DNA of 64,000 nt from Camelus dromedarius (Eukaryota), in contig NC_087436.1 in the NCBI RefSeq assembly GCF_036321535.1, forward strand, positions 12,958,001 through 13,022,000, in the 5' to 3' direction. The position numbers were made by a program, and so were the translations under genes. A model generated the notes under the pieces. The model saw only the letters and a program-made list of their open reading frames with translations, did not search any database and was not told the origin of the DNA. How positions within the stretch are numbered: position 1 is the first letter of the stretch; each line of letters starts with the position of its first letter. This document shows positions 60,961-64,000 of this stretch, piece by piece.

Positions 60961-62921
60961 ACAATGAGTGTGGATTGAAAGCGAGGTGGTCCCCAGACTG
61001 AGCTCCAGGGCACTGCAGAGTTCAGAGGACAGGAAGAGAACAGAGCCAGTAAAGGGAACTGAAAGGAGTCAGCGAGGTGTTCCAACAGGAGGAGGGTTGG
61101 AGTGCGGTGTCTGATGAGGAGATGTTCCAATAAGAAGATGATTAAGTGTGTGACAGGCAGCTAAGGGGTGTAGAAAATAAGGACCCAGCCTTGCTTATTA
61201 GACTTGGTAAGACTTGGTCATTGGCCACCTTGCCAAAATTGTGTTCAAAGAGTGGCCTACTTGATTCCATTGTAGTCCCCAATGCTGAATCCAACTTCCA
61301 TCGGACTATTATCCTGTTTCAGCTGTAGGATCTTTGGTTGGCCAAGGACGTCAAATGTAAAAAGTTATCTGGTGATTTCTTTTTCTCCTTCTTTCTTTTT
61401 GAAGTTCTATGTGTGAGCGTGTTGTGTCAACAACCTTGTTTCTTCACACTAGTTTATGTTTATGGCAGAAACTTTGGAAATTATAACAAGAAAAAAATTA
61501 AAATGTTTTATTTAATTTTAAACTTCATTTGAAATACAGCCTTTTTTTTTTTTTTCTAGGATGCTTTGGTTTCATTGCTCTTTTTCTTTTCTTTTTTCTT
61601 TTTTTTTTTTTTTTTTTTTTGATTGGGCTCTGAGGCTTTTATATAGCAGCTACTAAGTTGAGTGATGTGATTGCCCAGCAGTAGGAAGGGACGGTGTTGT
61701 TAACAATATATCACCCCTTGACTTTTGGTTGACTTTTGGGTTTTTGGGTGCCAGTTGGCTGGGCAGTTGCCCAGTTGTTGAAGAAGAGACCTTCCCAGAA
61801 AGAGGGAGGCTATGCTGGTGAGAGGAAAGCAAATAGATCCGACCTATTTGTAGGGTATGAGAACATATTTTCAAGAGGCAGTTTGCCTTGTCTCCATGAC
61901 ACATTCATATGGAAAAATCCTTACCCAGAAGTTAAAAGGAAGGAAGTGGTGAAAATTCTTTAAGTTTCAGGACCCTAATAATGGAATCAGGGAACTATTA
62001 ATATTATATTAATATTTTGCATCTTTATAATGCCTCCATTAAATTTGTGAAAGCTCACACTAAGAGAGAACAGTTCTCAGTTAGAATAAGTTGAAAGTAA
62101 AAGTCATCAAATTCATCCCAGTCCAAAACAGGTAAAATTGAGGTTGAGATGAGGAACACAAGGATGGCATGGAGGGTGCTGGACTGTGGCTCTCAGAATA
62201 GATTTAGGTATAAGAGCCTCCCGAGGTCCCTAGATCCCCAATTTAACACCAAAGATAGTGATAATAGACTCTGAACAGATGCTTCTCACTTTGATTTGAC
62301 AGCCATCTCTGAAGAAAGGGCCCACTGAACGTATTTACTCACCAGGATTTCCTCTTGAAAATTAGGCAGAGCCAGTTCCATTTTCTCTTATTATAAATTA
62401 CCTAAATTTTATGTGTAAGTCAATAGATATTGGAAAATACGGACCTCTTAAAAATGCTAAATTAATTATAGACATTCAAGACCAGTTATTAATAGGCAGG
62501 ATATGCTGTTCTGGAATATCAGGTCAGTATTTTTAGGGAGCTGAGTAACACAGGGAAGAATATATCCTTATTTTATGACTCTGGAACTCAGGATCTGAAC
62601 TGCTGACGTAAACTGGGATCAGCACCCTTCTGCTTTTGCCTCCTTATATTTTGCTTTGCCAAAGGTTCAGATGAGAAAACATTCTTGAAAGTGGAAATAA
62701 GAAAATTTGTTTTATATAAGCCAAATTGCTTCTTAATATGTGCTATTATACACTGAGAATGAATTTCAAAATTTGAAGTTCATTGTATTTATCTTCCAAT
62801 CAAGCCAAAGTTATTGAGAATACCATATGGTTTTAGAAGATATATTTGGTGTCTTTGGGAACTTGAAGCTACTAAATCATTAACAGCTGCCAGCATGGAA
62901 TAGACCAAATGTACTTGCAAT

Positions 62922-63083
62922 TTAATTCTTTGTAGTGGGGTAGTTTGTGGATTTCCTGGTTCCACCCATCTGATGGGAAGAATAACGCACAAGCATGTTA
63001 ACTGGTTGCACAGGATGAATAATTTTGCCAGAGGATATGAGATGGATGCGAGCAAAGAGAAATTGAAAAGACTGTGTCATCAC
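62922..63083 (-). CDS. Candidate terminal coding exon of an unidentified gene
   Basis: Strong acceptor on the minus strand (tatttccctctttaatttttttcag|GTG) with an upstream CTTAAC branch-like motif. Phase-0 frame is open for 53 codons: VMTQSFQFLFARIHLISSGKIIHPVQPVNMLVRYSSHQMGGTRKSTNYPTTKN*. Non-repeat sequence. Protein not recognised. Confidence 0.3.
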   Translation of the reverse strand: MMTQSFQFLFARIHLISSGKIIHPVQPVNMLVRYSSHQMGGTRKSTNYPTTKN

Positions 63084-63140
63084 CTGAAAAAAATTAAAGA
63101 GGGAAATAACATTGCCAATTGTTAAGAGTCTCATCATATG

Positions 63141-63349
63141 CAGGGGTTCTCAGCCTTGGTATTCTTGATATCTTGGGCCAGAAAATTCTTTGTTGTGGGG
63201 TCTATTCTGTGTATGACTTAGCAGTATCTCTGGCTTCAACCCGCCAGATGCCAGCAGCACCTTCTCCCCAGCTGTGGCAATTGGACTGTCTCCAGACAAT
63301 GCTTGAATGTTCTCATGGGGGCAAACTTGCCCCTGATGCAGAACACTGG
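63141..63349. mobile_element. MER20-like hAT relic
   Basis: caggggttctcagccttgg...ttctttgttgtgggg...ttagcagtatctctggc...agatgccagcagcacc...tgtctccagaca...gggggcaaa...agaacactg. Confidence 0.85.
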
Positions 63350-63580
63350 GCTAGACTACACAGGTAGCCCCCAAAGTCACACTCCAGTTATATACTCAAG
63401 TTAGAGTGGGATGAAGGGCAGGCTTCTTGAGAGCTTGTGGTTGTTGAACATGTTACTGGGATGGGGTTTCCTTCGGGAAGCATAATAATTAAGGTTTAGC
63501 TTCTGAAGTTATATTGTATTGATGAAAAGTAGATCTTTTTTTCAGTCTGGAGTTAAATGAGTATAGATAGTAAGAATATT

Positions 63581-64000
63581 AACCTAAATGTCCATTGACA
63601 GATGACTGGATAAAGAAGTTGTGGGATATTTACACAATGGAATACTACTCAGCCATAAAAAATAATGAAATAATGCCACTTGCAGCAACATGGATGGACC
63701 TGGAGAATGTCATTCTAAGTGAAGTAAGCCAGAAAGAGAAAGAAAAATACCATATGATATTGCTTATATGTGGAATCTAAAAAAAGAAAAAAAGAAGGCA
63801 CCTAATGGACTCATCTACAAAACATAAACAAACTTGCAGACATAGTAAACAATCTTATGATTACTGGGGAGAAATGGGGTGGAAAGGGATAAATTTGGGA
63901 GTTCAAAATTTGCACATATTAACTACTATATATAACAATAGATTAAAAAAACAAATTTCTTCTGTATAGCACAGAGAACTATGTTCAATATTTGTAATGA
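63581..64000 (+). mobile_element. L1 3' end (runs off the window)
   Basis: ORF 63595..63780 DWIKKLWDIYTMEYYSAIKNNEIMP...LICGI followed by 3' UTR. Confidence 0.93.

Noticed and set aside
1..64000. CRISPR arrays, operons, rRNA or prokaryotic systems
   Set aside because: Mammalian repeat-rich DNA with no regularly spaced repeat-spacer array and no gene-dense coding structure.

Overview
This is mammalian genomic DNA, inferred to be camelid (alpaca, llama or camel) from the short tRNA-derived SINE GGGGAGGGTATAGCTCAGTGGTAGAG... and the L1 3' UTR type. The window is intronic or intergenic and dominated by repeats: young and old L1, L2, MIR, ERVL/MaLR and ERV1-like LTRs, and hAT and Tigger DNA-transposon relics. 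The only gene-derived sequence I recognise is a disabled PPIA (cyclophilin A) processed pseudogene on the minus strand (~59180-59938). There is also a possible, unidentified terminal coding exon on the minus strand (62922-63083). Most ORFs in the track are repeat-derived or chance. I found no multi-gene novel system. The most unusual signals are retroelement structures read directly from the sequence: (1) a 221-bp foldback element made of two inverted copies of an LTR 5' end, with a 4-bp TSD, lying inside a second inverted repeat with a 49-bp perfect core (47885-48415); (2) a polyadenylated, U5-less copy of the same LTR family carrying 114 bp of foreign flank inside a 16-bp TSD (52880-53502); (3) a young L1 with two serial 3' transductions (46387-47698); (4) an old/young L1 3'-end chimera inside one TSD; (5) candidate orphan transductions. 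Repeat family names come from my recall of consensus sequences, not from a database search. Boundaries of old repeats are approximate.
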